Positions 1 to 9,846 of a stretch of 54,373 bases of DNA are shown here, in pieces. Positions within the stretch are counted from its first letter, which is position 1. Each line of letters begins with the position of its first letter. The notes below the pieces were generated by a model. That model was not told where the DNA came from. It did no database searches and saw only the letters and a list, made by a program, of their open reading frames with translations. The DNA is taken from assembly GCA_947463065.1 (NCBI GenBank), contig CANHSF010000001.1, positions 1 to 54,373 of the forward strand. Direction: 5' to 3'. Position numbers and translations under genes: made by a program. The DNA is from Flavobacteriales bacterium. GTDB taxonomy: Bacteria; Bacteroidota; Bacteroidia; Flavobacteriales_D; Sanyastnellaceae.

Positions 1-915
1 ATTGAGCATGATCATGGCCCATTCGCGCATGTCGCCGATTTCCAAAAGAGCGATGGCCTGGCGCATCAACTCATTGCCCAATCGCTTTTCCAACGATGCT
101 GTTTTCGCCATCAAATCGGCCGTTGGAAGTTGGCCATATTCGAGCAGCACCCGATCGATTCGACTACCGAATGATCGCTCGGCTACAATGCGTTGTGCAT
201 TCAATTTGTACACAAACAAATCGTCAGGAATTCTCAATTTACCGATGAAACGGCTTTCGTCTTCCATCCAATACCTCGGTTGTTCGCCCCATCCCATCAG
301 CTCCACGGCCACACCATTCTCAAAATGTTCTTGTGTAGGTTGGTTGGGTTGTCCCAATCCACCGAAGGCCGAACCTTTGTGATGCGCCAGCGCTTCCAAA
401 TCCAAAACCGCTTCGCCTCGTGCACGTATGGTGTGAAGAATCTCTGTTTTGCCAACCCCCGTCAATCCCGTTAGAACCACCCAATGACGGGGTGCTCTGA
501 ATTGATCCAAACAGCCATTGCGCCAGGTCTTGTAACCACCGGTCAGGCGCACAGCAGACAATCCACCTTTGAGCAAAAGCCACGTGAGAATTTCGCTGCG
601 CAAACCGCCACGCGCGCAATACACCGCTACCGGTCGCTCACCCGCCAATGTTCTGGCCAGTTTGATTTTTTCGAGAAAAAAAGGCGCAGCCAATTCAAAA
701 CCCAAATCAATGGCCGCTTGCTTGCCCAATTTTTTATAGCAAATACCCACTTGCTCGCGTTGGGCATTGTCCAACAAGGGAATATTGACCGCGGAGGGAA
801 TGTGGGCGGGCTCAAATTCTCCCGGGCTTCGGGCATCGATCAACAGGATGGACTCGTCCAAGGTCTGTTGAAAGACCTTGCTCAAAATGCTAGGGATGGA
901 TTTTTTATTGATCAT
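1..915 (-). CDS. mnmH: tRNA 2-selenouridine synthase (MnmH/SelU), C-terminus cut by window edge
   Basis: Absent from the ORF track because the frame runs off position 1 without a stop. My translation from ATG 913-915 gives MINKKSIPSILSKVFQQTLDESILLIDARSPGEFEPAHIPSAVNIPLL (rhodanese), VAVYCARGGLRS (Cys loop), VVLTGLTGVGKTE (P-loop) and DLEALAHHKGSAFGG. These SelU hallmarks appear in the correct order. Confidence 0.85.
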   Translation of the reverse strand, partial: MINKKSIPSILSKVFQQTLDESILLIDARSPGEFEPAHIPSAVNIPLLDNAQREQVGICYKKLGKQAAIDLGFELAAPFFLEKIKLARTLAGERPVAVYCARGGLRSEILTWLLLKGGLSAVRLTGGYKTWRNGCLDQFRAPRHWVVLTGLTGVGKTEILHTIRARGEAVLDLEALAHHKGSAFGGLGQPNQPTQEHFENGVAVELMGWGEQPRYWMEDESRFIGKLRIPDDLFVYKLNAQRIVAERSFGSRIDRVLLEYGQLPTADLMAKTASLEKRLGNELMRQAIALLEIGDMREWAMIMLN

Positions 916-1709
916 CTATAGCCATCGCCATCCAACAGGTTGCCCAAACCACCTAGAATGCTGCCTTCCTCTTTGCGAGCACCGGTGCCATAGCTCACGA
1001 TGCGAGAAGCCAAGCGTGAAATCGGCAGCGTTTGCAACCACACTTTTCCAGGCCCTCTGAGTTGGGCAAAAAAGAAGCCTTCGCCGCCAAAGAGTGTGTT
1101 TTTGATTCCACCCACAAATTGGATATCGAAATCCACCTGCGACGTATATGCCACCACACAACCGGTATCGATGCGCAAGACCTCGCCCGGTTGAAGTTCG
1201 CGCTCGATAATATGACCACCGGCGTGGCAAAATGCCAATCCATCTCCTTCTACTTTTTGCATGATGAAACCTTCGCCGCCAAACAGGCCAGTGCCCAATT
1301 TTCGCTGCAGCTCGATGCCCACGCTCACACCTTTTGCAGCGCAAAGAAACGAATCCTTTTGGCAGATGATCTTACCGCCCAAACGCTGCAAATCCATTGG
1401 AATAATTTTTCCAGGATAAGGAGAAGCAAAAGCCACACGCGCTTTGCCGGCGCCGGTATGCGTAAAGGCTGTCATAAACAAACTTTCTCCCGTCAACAGA
1501 CGCTTGCCCGCGCCCATGAGTTTATTGAAGAAACCGCCACCACCGCTGTTGCTGCCATCACCGAAGATGGTTTCCATCTGAACACCTTGGTCCATGTACA
1601 TAAAAGATCCTGCCTCTGCAATCACTGTTTCCTGGGGATCCAATTCCACTTCGACACATTGCATTTCCTCTCCGTAAATGCGAAAATCAATTTCGTGATT
1701 TGTTCTCAT
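912..1709 (-). CDS. TIGR00266 / AIM24 (DUF124) family protein
   Basis: 265-aa ORF. Its Gly-rich beta-rich sequence (GESLFMTAF, LFGGEGFIMQKVEGDG, LFGGEGFFFAQLRGPGKVWLQ) is typical of the AIM24/TIGR00266 family. Its stop overlaps the mnmH start by 4 nt. Confidence 0.75.
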   Translation of the reverse strand: MRTNHEIDFRIYGEEMQCVEVELDPQETVIAEAGSFMYMDQGVQMETIFGDGSNSGGGGFFNKLMGAGKRLLTGESLFMTAFTHTGAGKARVAFASPYPGKIIPMDLQRLGGKIICQKDSFLCAAKGVSVGIELQRKLGTGLFGGEGFIMQKVEGDGLAFCHAGGHIIERELQPGEVLRIDTGCVVAYTSQVDFDIQFVGGIKNTLFGGEGFFFAQLRGPGKVWLQTLPISRLASRIVSYGTGARKEEGSILGGLGNLLDGDGYR

Positions 1710-2089
1710 CGTTCATATAATTTACGTGATCAAAAGTCGCTCATTCTTTGCAATGTTCGCAAGAATTCACCACAAAATTCCACCGTTTACGCATCCCCTT
1801 GAACCACTGATCCGAATTCGCGCCAGCGCATGTCCCATATGTTTTGGCTCCTGCAATCATAGCGGGTTTGATTTATCAGCATGAACTGGTGCGTCTGATG
1901 CACAGATGGGTTTGGGCCAATTGCGGTACAAATCGCACGGAGCTTCATCCAACGCAAGGCACAACTCGGCAAGGCTCCAAACGCTACAGCCATAACCTCC
2001 AATGGCAAGTCCACTGGGGATTATGGCTGTTGGCTGCAATGATCTTGGCAAACAGGTAGATTCTGCGCTATGCAGATGCCCGATCCGTC

Positions 2090-3094
2090 TTATTCGGTAC
2101 CCGAACCGCTTTCGATCAAGCGGTACAATTCATCCAATTTTGGTTGAAGGATGATTTCGATGCGGCGATTCTTGGCCTTGTCGGTGGCGTCTACCGGGTG
2201 GTATGAACTGCGACCTGCGGCGCTGAGTTTCGACGGTTGAACCGAGCTGTTGGCAGTGATAATTTTCACCACTTCGGTGGCGCGCAAAACACTGAGATCC
2301 CAATTGTCTTTTGGATACGCGCTGGCGTTCATTTTATCCGTATCGGTATGTCCTTCGACAATGATTTCCATGTCGGCCTCGTTCTCAATGGCCTTCGCCA
2401 AGTCGATCAGTGCATTTTTACCGTTGGGATCAACCGTGGTGCTGCCTGTGGCAAAGAGGAGTTTGGCCTCCATGCTCACGTACACTTTGCCATCCTTCTC
2501 GGTCACTGTCAACCCTTTGTCTTTGAATCCAAGGAGAGCAGATTGGACTTTGTTTTTCAACGCTTCGCTGGCTGCTTGCTGATCGGCCAAGAGCTTTTCC
2601 ATATCGGCAAGTCGCTTTTGCTTGTCGGCCAAGTCGGCATTTGACTTATCAATCGCCGCTTGCTTTTCGTTGAGATTTTTCTCCAAGGCCTTCAGTGCAT
2701 CTTCTTTCTTTTGAAGTGCCTCTTGGGTTTTGTTGAGTTCGTCCACCAATTTTTTGTTCTCGCCCGACGCTTGATTCAGGAGCTCGCTGCTCTTTTTGGA
2801 CAGAATATCATTGAGTTCGTTGACCTTGTCGTATTGCGACCGCAATTGGCGGTAGTCGCGGCCCATCTCCAGTGTATCGGCCAGCAGTTTGGTCAATTCC
2901 TTGTTCTTGGTATCCAAGGTGGCATTGAGCTCTTTGTTCTGTGCTTCCAATTGTTCCTTGCCTTTCTTGAGCGCATTGTTTTCTTGTTCCACGCTCATCT
3001 TGCGCGATTCAAGTTCGGTGTACTTGCGGTGTGGAACGCAGCTTTGAAAAGCCACAACGAAGGCTGCAATAGCCATAAATCCCCATTTTTTCAT
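2090..3094 (-). CDS. OmpA-family lipoprotein with long N-terminal coiled coil
   Basis: Signal peptide plus lipobox-like FQSC. About 170 aa of heptad-like E/K/L/N-rich sequence follows. The C-terminal OmpA/MotB peptidoglycan-binding domain is recognisable (IIVEGHTDTD...NWDLSVLRATEV...NRRIEIIL). Confidence 0.85.
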   Translation of the reverse strand: MKKWGFMAIAAFVVAFQSCVPHRKYTELESRKMSVEQENNALKKGKEQLEAQNKELNATLDTKNKELTKLLADTLEMGRDYRQLRSQYDKVNELNDILSKKSSELLNQASGENKKLVDELNKTQEALQKKEDALKALEKNLNEKQAAIDKSNADLADKQKRLADMEKLLADQQAASEALKNKVQSALLGFKDKGLTVTEKDGKVYVSMEAKLLFATGSTTVDPNGKNALIDLAKAIENEADMEIIVEGHTDTDKMNASAYPKDNWDLSVLRATEVVKIITANSSVQPSKLSAAGRSSYHPVDATDKAKNRRIEIILQPKLDELYRLIESGSGTE

Positions 3095-3193
3095 AATCTA
3101 AACTTTGGACAAATGTGGAGAAAATTTCATGCCCACAGCGGGGATGCAAATTCATTTATGCACCACAGCTTGTGGGAGAAAGAGCGGTTTTGC

Positions 3194-4903
3194 TTACAGC
3201 ATCCACCCATTGACTTCCTCGAGCTGAACGGCTGGAATTTCCAATTTATTTTTTTTGCGGTATCCGTTCAGTGTTTGGTGGACAGCGGTTGGCTTTGCCG
3301 CTTTCAATTTCTCAACCGAATCGTAGCCTGCTTTGATCACATGTTCCACCCATTCCACAGGGATGCCCAATGCTTCGAACTCCTTTGGGTTGGGTCCTGA
3401 CTCAAATTTTTCGGGGCGCATTTGCGGAAAGAAAAGCACCTCCTGAATGGTCTCATTGTTGGTCAAAAACATCACCAAACGGTCGACCCCAATGCCCATT
3501 CCCGATGTCGGCGGCATGCCGTACTCCATGGCCCTGAGGAAATCCTGGTCGATGAACATGGCCTCGTCATCACCGCGTTCTTGCAGACTCAATTGCTCTT
3601 CAAAGCGGGCTCTTTGATCGATTGGATCATTGAGCTCACTGTAGGCATTGGCGACTTCCTTGCCGTTGATCATGAGCTCAAAACGCTCCGTGAGCTCGGG
3701 GTTGTCGCGATGGCGTTTGCACAGTGGCGACATCTCAACAGGATAATCTGTGATAAAGGTTGGCTGAACAAACTGTCCTTCGCACTTGGCACCAAAGATT
3801 TCATCGATCAGCTTTCCCTTGCCCATGGTGGCGTTGACCTCGATGCCGATGCTTTGTGCAAAAGCGAAGAGCTCTTGCTCGGATTTGCCTGTAATATCAA
3901 AACCTGTATAGCGTTGGATGGCTTCGGTCATGGATACGCGGGCAAAAGGTTTTCCGAAATCAATGGTTTTTTCGCCAAACTGCACCACAGTGGTTTGAAG
4001 TGCCTTTTCGCATACATGGCGCAACATGGCTTCTGTAAAGTCCATCATCCAGTGATAGTCTTTGTAGGCCACATAAATTTCCATTACTGTGAATTCGGGA
4101 TTGTGGGTGCGGTCCATGCCTTCATTGCGGAAGTTTCGACTGAACTCGTACACCCCATCAAAACCGCCCACGATCAAGCGTTTCAGATAAAGCTCGTTGG
4201 CTATGCGCAAGTACATGGGCACATCCAATGCATTGTGGTGGGTGACAAACGGACGTGCAGACGCCCCACCGGGGATGGCTTGCAAAACAGGCGTATCCAC
4301 TTCCAAATACCCCCTTTCGTTGAAAAATTCGCGCATCGCATTGACAATGCGTGTGCGTTTGATAAACGTTTCTTTGACCTTGTCATTCACCACCAAATCC
4401 ACGTAGCGCATACGATAGCGCAATTCGGGATCGGTAAAGGCGTCGTAAATATTGCCGGCCTCGTCCTTCTTCACCACAGGCAGGGGTTTGAGCGATTTGG
4501 CCAACACCGTAAGTTGAGCCACATGCACCGAAATTTCGCCCATTTTGGTGGTAAAGAGTTTTCCTTCGACACCGATAAAATCACCGAAGTGCAAGAGGTG
4601 TTTCACCACTTCTTTGTAAAACGATTTGTCTTCGCTGGGACAGATGGAGTCCACATTGATGTAGATCTGCACGCGACCTGTTGCATCTTGCAAGTGTGCA
4701 AAAGAGGCCTTGCCCATATCGCGCATATTCATGAGGCGGCCGGCCAATCTGACTTCGCGGCCTTCTTCGTATTGGTCAATGCACTCTTGAGAGGTGGCAG
4801 TAACCTTGAATTCGGCGGCCGGAAATGGTTCAATTCCTTTGGCGCGCAATTTCTCGAGTGCCTCTCTGCGTACAATTTCTTCGGGTGACAAATTTTGAAT
4901 CAT
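3194..4903 (-). CDS. lysS: lysine--tRNA ligase (class II) with C-terminal extension
   Basis: 569 aa. Class II motifs are present: FRNEGMDRTHNPEFTVMEIYVAY and GMGIGVDRLVMFL. The OB-fold N-terminus is also visible (VRLAGRLMNMRDMGKASFAHLQD). Confidence 0.97.
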   Translation of the reverse strand: MIQNLSPEEIVRREALEKLRAKGIEPFPAAEFKVTATSQECIDQYEEGREVRLAGRLMNMRDMGKASFAHLQDATGRVQIYINVDSICPSEDKSFYKEVVKHLLHFGDFIGVEGKLFTTKMGEISVHVAQLTVLAKSLKPLPVVKKDEAGNIYDAFTDPELRYRMRYVDLVVNDKVKETFIKRTRIVNAMREFFNERGYLEVDTPVLQAIPGGASARPFVTHHNALDVPMYLRIANELYLKRLIVGGFDGVYEFSRNFRNEGMDRTHNPEFTVMEIYVAYKDYHWMMDFTEAMLRHVCEKALQTTVVQFGEKTIDFGKPFARVSMTEAIQRYTGFDITGKSEQELFAFAQSIGIEVNATMGKGKLIDEIFGAKCEGQFVQPTFITDYPVEMSPLCKRHRDNPELTERFELMINGKEVANAYSELNDPIDQRARFEEQLSLQERGDDEAMFIDQDFLRAMEYGMPPTSGMGIGVDRLVMFLTNNETIQEVLFFPQMRPEKFESGPNPKEFEALGIPVEWVEHVIKAGYDSVEKLKAAKPTAVHQTLNGYRKKNKLEIPAVQLEEVNGWML

Positions 4904-4969
4904 GGCGCGAATTTACTCCAATTGATCCAAACTAAAATCACGCATTCGCGCATTGCCGTTGGTTCATGT

Positions 4970-6214
4970 TTATTTGGAGCGAATGGCATCCACAGGGTTG
5001 AGGCGCGCGGCTTTGAGGGCAGGTATGATTCCAGCCACAATGCCCACAATGACCGAAATGGAAATCCCCAAAACAATGCGTTGCATGGGAAGAATAAAAT
5101 TGAAATCAATGATTCGATTGAGCAAGGCTACCAACCCCGCAACAAAGGCCAAACCGGCCAATCCGCCCACCAAGCACAACACCACACTCTCAAACAAAAA
5201 CTGATTGAGGATAAAGTAGTTCTTGGCCCCCAGCGCCTTTTGAATGCCAATGATATTGGTGCGTTCACTCACACTCACAAACATGATATTGGCGATACTG
5301 AAAGCGCCCACGAGAATTGCAAAAATCCCTATGACCAATCCAATCACATTGAACACCTCAATGATGCTATCCACAACGGAATTGATCATGGTCGATTCGA
5401 TAATGGAAAAGTCGTTGCTGTCTTTGACACGAACGCCGCGCACTTCGCGCATGGCTGAGATAACCGCACTTTTCAATTCTTTGTTGGAAAGATCCCCACG
5501 GCCCTTGACCACCACCGACGCGTCTTCCACTTCCGATCCAGTAAGGCGCACACCATAGGCATACGGCATCATGGCTGCATTGTCAAAGCCCGAACCAAAA
5601 AGCGATGTGCCTTCCTTCTCGAATACACCGATCACACGCATTTTCAGACCACCAACCGTGATCTCCTTCTCCAATGGATCAATGCCTTGAAAAAGCCCCT
5701 CCGCCAATACTGCGCCAATCACAACCACGTTGCGGCCGCCTTCTACCTCGGGTTCGGTGAAGTAGCGTCCTTTGGCAATATTGAGTGCTACAGCATCTCT
5801 GAAGTGATAGGTTACCGCATTGACCCGGGCATCTTCCACGAAGTTGTTGCCAAATTCGGCCGTCTTCTGGGTACCGGCGCTAAAAGACACCGAAGCTGCT
5901 TCGGGCAAGCGCTGCTGCAATCGCTCCATGTCCTTGATGGATGGGGGTCTGCGCCGCATGTACTTCCACCATTCATAATCCTCAGCGCCATCTTCTGGAC
6001 CCATGGGCCATTTTTGAATGAACATCACATCGCTGCCGATCATATCAAAACTCGACCGCATGTCGCTCTCCATGCTATCGACAACACTCAAAACGAAAAT
6101 GATAGAAAAAATACCAATGGTGATACCGGACAAGGACAATAAGGTACGCAGCCGATTGCTGCGTAGAGCGCCCCATGCAAATTGCATGCTTTCCCATATC
6201 TGACGAAATACCAT
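4970..6214 (-). CDS. ABC transporter permease, MacB/FtsX-like
   Basis: 414 aa. It has an N-terminal TM helix (RLRTLLSLSGITIGIFSII), a large periplasmic domain, and a C-terminal FtsX region with three TM helices (IGIQKALGAKNYFILNQFLFESVVL). No ATPase gene is adjacent. Confidence 0.85.
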   Translation of the reverse strand: MVFRQIWESMQFAWGALRSNRLRTLLSLSGITIGIFSIIFVLSVVDSMESDMRSSFDMIGSDVMFIQKWPMGPEDGAEDYEWWKYMRRRPPSIKDMERLQQRLPEAASVSFSAGTQKTAEFGNNFVEDARVNAVTYHFRDAVALNIAKGRYFTEPEVEGGRNVVVIGAVLAEGLFQGIDPLEKEITVGGLKMRVIGVFEKEGTSLFGSGFDNAAMMPYAYGVRLTGSEVEDASVVVKGRGDLSNKELKSAVISAMREVRGVRVKDSNDFSIIESTMINSVVDSIIEVFNVIGLVIGIFAILVGAFSIANIMFVSVSERTNIIGIQKALGAKNYFILNQFLFESVVLCLVGGLAGLAFVAGLVALLNRIIDFNFILPMQRIVLGISISVIVGIVAGIIPALKAARLNPVDAIRSK

Positions 6215-6311
6215 GGAGCGAAGCTAATCAAAAAGGCGTCAGCTATCACCGAAAAGGGATCAACGGCACAGGCCACACAACAAAGGGAAATTTTTGCGTT
6301 GAACAAGCTAT

Positions 6312-6319
6312 TACCTTTG
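6312..6319 (+). promoter_or_regulatory. candidate Bacteroidota -7 promoter box (TACCTTTG)
   Basis: Exact match to TAnnTTTG, 23 nt upstream of the TTG start at 6343. Confidence 0.35.
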
Positions 6320-6342
6320 CCAACTGACGTTGCGAAGCACCT

Positions 6343-9300
6343 TTGAAACGGAATTGCCACATTGCACAGACCATCATCGCCCTCCTCTGCATGTCCATGT
6401 GGAGCACGACCGCGTGGAGTCAATTGCACAATGAAAAACGCATCGCATTCCAAGTGGTCAACGACACTACACAGCTAGACACCACGAGCATCGTTCCAGG
6501 GAGTGTATTGGTATGGAATGCCGACACGCTGGTGCACTTCACCCAATGGGAGCTCATCGCTCACGCCGGACAATTGGTCACCGACTCCACTTTGCGCGAT
6601 GCCGCATTGCTGGTACAGTACAAGACGATGCCCATGAACCTCAGCGGCCCGATCCGGCACAAATCCACACAACTGATCGCGGCCAAAAAAGAAGCACCAT
6701 ACAAGCCCTTTCTCATCGGCGGCTCCAATGCGGCCTTGCTCAGCAACGACGATGGCATTCGCAAGTCTGGGTCAATATCGAGGGGAATCACCATTGGCAA
6801 CAACCAAAATCTTTCGGTCAATAGCGCATTGAACTTGCAACTCAGCGGCAAACTCACCGATCGGTACACCCTGCTGGCCTCCATCAGCGACGACAACATT
6901 CCCATTCAACCCGATGGAAATACGAGCACGCTTCAAGATTTTGATCAGGTGTTTATTCAAATTTCCGATCCCACTACGCGTCTGATCGCCGGCGACTTTG
7001 TTCTGGCGAGGCCTTATGGCAACTACCTGCAATACAACAAGCGCACACAGGGATTGTACTTCAACAAAACCATGGCATCAAAGTCCAAGACCACCTTCAC
7101 CATGGAGGCTTCAGCATCGGTCTCCAAAGGACGATTCGGGCGCAATGTCATACAAGGCATCGAGGGCAATCAGGGTCCTTATCGCCTCACTGGGGCAGAT
7201 GGGGAACAATTCATCATTGTGCTTGGTGGCACAGAACAAGTGTTCATCGATGGAAAATTGCTGCAGCGCGGTACCGACAAAGACTATGTGATCGATTACA
7301 ATGCAGCCGAAATCACATTTACACCTCGGCATTTGATCACCAAGGATCGCAGGATCACCGTGGAATTTCAGTATTCCGAAAAACGGTATGCGCGACCGCT
7401 TCTGCAAAGCGCCATGACTTGGACCAACCAAAACCACAAAACCTACTTGAATGTATATAGCGAGAGCGACGCGCGCAATCAGCCGCTCCAACAAGAGCTC
7501 AGCGATAGCGACAAAACCCAATTGGCCCTCGCCGGCGACGATCCGCTTGCTGCAATAACCAGCGGCATTCAAAACACCGCATTCACCAATAGTCAACTGC
7601 TATACACGCAAGTCGATAGTCTCGGATTTTCAGATGTACTGATTTACACCACCGATTCAACACAGTCGTTGTACCGTGTCACCTTCAGTTTTGTAGGCCA
7701 AGGCAACGGCGATTATGTGGAGGATGGATTCGAAGCCACAGGAAAAAAATACAAATGGATCAAACCCGAGGAAGTTGCTGGAGAGCTGGTGCATCAAGGC
7801 AATTATGCTCCGGTAACTTTGTTGGCCGCACCCAAAAAAAACCAGATGATCACCGCGGGCCATGAGATGACTCAATCATTGGATCGCAATACCACCACAC
7901 TCACCCATCAGCTCAAAACAGAAGGCGCTTGGAGCAACAAAGACCTCAACACGTTTTCTTCGATCGACAATGCCGACAACCAAGGGTGGGCAGGTAAATT
8001 CAGTTATTCGTTTACACGATTGCGCAAAGACTCATTGGATCGACGCAGCAACAACCGCAGCCTAAAAACATTGGTGGGTTACGAATACAATCACCGCAAT
8101 TTTTCGGCCATCGAGCGATTTCGCGAAGTGGAGTTCAACCGCAATTGGAATCTGGGCGCACAACAGCCGCTCGGTGCCTTGCAGTGGGCCAAAACCGAAG
8201 TGCAATGGGGCAAAGAGTTGTCGGGCACGATAAGGCTCGGAGGCGAGTGGCTCACCATCGCGGATTGGGGCGAAGGCATCAATGGCCAACTGCACGTGAA
8301 TTGGCGCAATGCCAAAGGCTTTCAAGCACTTTTTCAAGGCTCCTTGCTCAATACCGATGGACAAACCAACTCGCGATTCGTTCGGCACAAAGGCGATGTA
8401 AGTCAAACGTGGAAAAAACTTCGCTTGTATTACCGCGACGAACACGAGCGCAACCTCTTCTTTCTGCAATCCTCGGATAGTTTAAGTACATTGTCGTATC
8501 AGTTTTATGATTGGGAAACGGGCATTGGCACAGCAGACACGCTCAAAAAAAGCATCAACCTCTACTACCGCAATCGATTCGAAAACCGTTTGGACAACAG
8601 CGATTTGAGCCGTGCCTCGGTGGCCGACCAATACGGTATTACTGCCCGATGGAACGCCAAGCCCGAACAGCGCCTTGCCCTGTTTGTGAGCAACCGAAGA
8701 CTGCGTGTATTGAACACCGAAGCCATCACCACCGCACCCGAAAACACCTTGGTCACACGGGTTGAATATTTTTGGAAATACAAAAATGGATTCTTGCAAA
8801 GCACAACCTTTTATGAAACAGGATCGGGACTGGAGCAACGCAAAGAATACGTGTACATCGAAGTGCAACCCGGTCAAGGCAATTTCGTGTGGGTAGATTA
8901 CAACGCGAATGGGGTCAAAGAACTCAACGAATTTGAAACAGCGCTTTACGCCTATGAAGCCAACTATATCCGATCGGCCATTCAGAGCAACGAATACTTG
9001 CGCACGTACACCAATCAAATCAACCAAAGTTTGAGCATTCAACCCGAACGATTGATCAAGAAGCAGGAAGGTTGGCGCAAATTGGTGGCACGATTGAGCA
9101 CACAATCCACGATTCGACTCGACCGCAAAAACACTTCCAACGATGGCGATTCACGATTCAATCCATTGTCGTATGATGCTTCCGACACCAGTTTGATATC
9201 GCTCAACGGATTGATGCGCCATGTGCTTTTCATCAACAAATCGAATCCGGTGTTCAATGCTGAATGCACGTATCAAGAAAACAATGGAAAGAACTTATTG

Positions 9301-9843
9301 AGCAATGGTTTTGAAACACGTTCCGAAAAGTTTTGGCAAAGTTCTGCGCGTTTTACATTGAAAAAAACATGGACCATTCAGGCCGAGTTTCGCCAAGGGA
9401 TCAAACAAGCCGCTTCAGACTTTCTAAGTGGACGCAATTATCTATTGGACTATGTGCAAGTGCAACCCGTGCTGACTTGGCAACCGGGCAATACCGGCCG
9501 ACTCAATGCCAAAACACAATATGCCGACAAAGTGAATCGCGAAGGAACCGAGCGCGCTATCATTCGGCGCTTTGGCCTGGAGGCGATCGTGAGCAATGTC
9601 AAAAAAGGATCGCTGCAATGCGAGATCAATTACTACAAAATCGCTTACAACGGCACCAACAACAATTCGCTTGCGTTTGATATGTTGGAAGGGTTAAACG
9701 CCGGCAACAACATGACGTGGTCGTTGAGTGTACAGCGCACCATAGCCAAAAATCTGCAGTTGAACATCAATTACAATGGACGCAAACCCGAGACTGTTCC
9801 CACCATTCACGCGGGAGGGATGCAATTGCGGGCGTTTTTCTAA
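6343..9843 (+). CDS. large secreted protein of unknown function, probable outer-membrane beta-barrel
   Basis: 1166-aa ORF with a TTG start and signal peptide (MKRNCHIAQTIIALLCMSMWSTTAWSQ). Composition is rich in alternating beta-strand-like segments with N/Y/T/S/R. The C-terminus ends in aromatic Phe (QLRAFF). I cannot name a family. Confidence 0.7.
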   Translation: MKRNCHIAQTIIALLCMSMWSTTAWSQLHNEKRIAFQVVNDTTQLDTTSIVPGSVLVWNADTLVHFTQWELIAHAGQLVTDSTLRDAALLVQYKTMPMNLSGPIRHKSTQLIAAKKEAPYKPFLIGGSNAALLSNDDGIRKSGSISRGITIGNNQNLSVNSALNLQLSGKLTDRYTLLASISDDNIPIQPDGNTSTLQDFDQVFIQISDPTTRLIAGDFVLARPYGNYLQYNKRTQGLYFNKTMASKSKTTFTMEASASVSKGRFGRNVIQGIEGNQGPYRLTGADGEQFIIVLGGTEQVFIDGKLLQRGTDKDYVIDYNAAEITFTPRHLITKDRRITVEFQYSEKRYARPLLQSAMTWTNQNHKTYLNVYSESDARNQPLQQELSDSDKTQLALAGDDPLAAITSGIQNTAFTNSQLLYTQVDSLGFSDVLIYTTDSTQSLYRVTFSFVGQGNGDYVEDGFEATGKKYKWIKPEEVAGELVHQGNYAPVTLLAAPKKNQMITAGHEMTQSLDRNTTTLTHQLKTEGAWSNKDLNTFSSIDNADNQGWAGKFSYSFTRLRKDSLDRRSNNRSLKTLVGYEYNHRNFSAIERFREVEFNRNWNLGAQQPLGALQWAKTEVQWGKELSGTIRLGGEWLTIADWGEGINGQLHVNWRNAKGFQALFQGSLLNTDGQTNSRFVRHKGDVSQTWKKLRLYYRDEHERNLFFLQSSDSLSTLSYQFYDWETGIGTADTLKKSINLYYRNRFENRLDNSDLSRASVADQYGITARWNAKPEQRLALFVSNRRLRVLNTEAITTAPENTLVTRVEYFWKYKNGFLQSTTFYETGSGLEQRKEYVYIEVQPGQGNFVWVDYNANGVKELNEFETALYAYEANYIRSAIQSNEYLRTYTNQINQSLSIQPERLIKKQEGWRKLVARLSTQSTIRLDRKNTSNDGDSRFNPLSYDASDTSLISLNGLMRHVLFINKSNPVFNAECTYQENNGKNLLSNGFETRSEKFWQSSARFTLKKTWTIQAEFRQGIKQAASDFLSGRNYLLDYVQVQPVLTWQPGNTGRLNAKTQYADKVNREGTERAIIRRFGLEAIVSNVKKGSLQCEINYYKIAYNGTNNNSLAFDMLEGLNAGNNMTWSLSVQRTIAKNLQLNINYNGRKPETVPTIHAGGMQLRAFF

Positions 9844-9846
9844 GGT

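Noticed and set aside
1787-2051. Possible selenoprotein. The minus ORF 1857..2051 ends in TGA and contains GGYGCSVW...APCDLY, close to the selU gene.
   Set aside because: Reading through the TGA gives only about 30 more residues (LQEPKHMGHALARIRISGSRGCVNGGILW) before another TGA. No redox motif surrounds the TGA, and I could find no SECIS-like hairpin immediately downstream.
3422-4888. A 488-aa ORF on the plus strand, antisense to almost all of lysS (tempting in light of sense/antisense aaRS ideas).
   Set aside because: The composition is H/L/R/F/Q-rich with no motifs. It is the mirror frame of a strongly codon-biased gene, and lysS on the other strand has unambiguous class II motifs. It is a shadow ORF.
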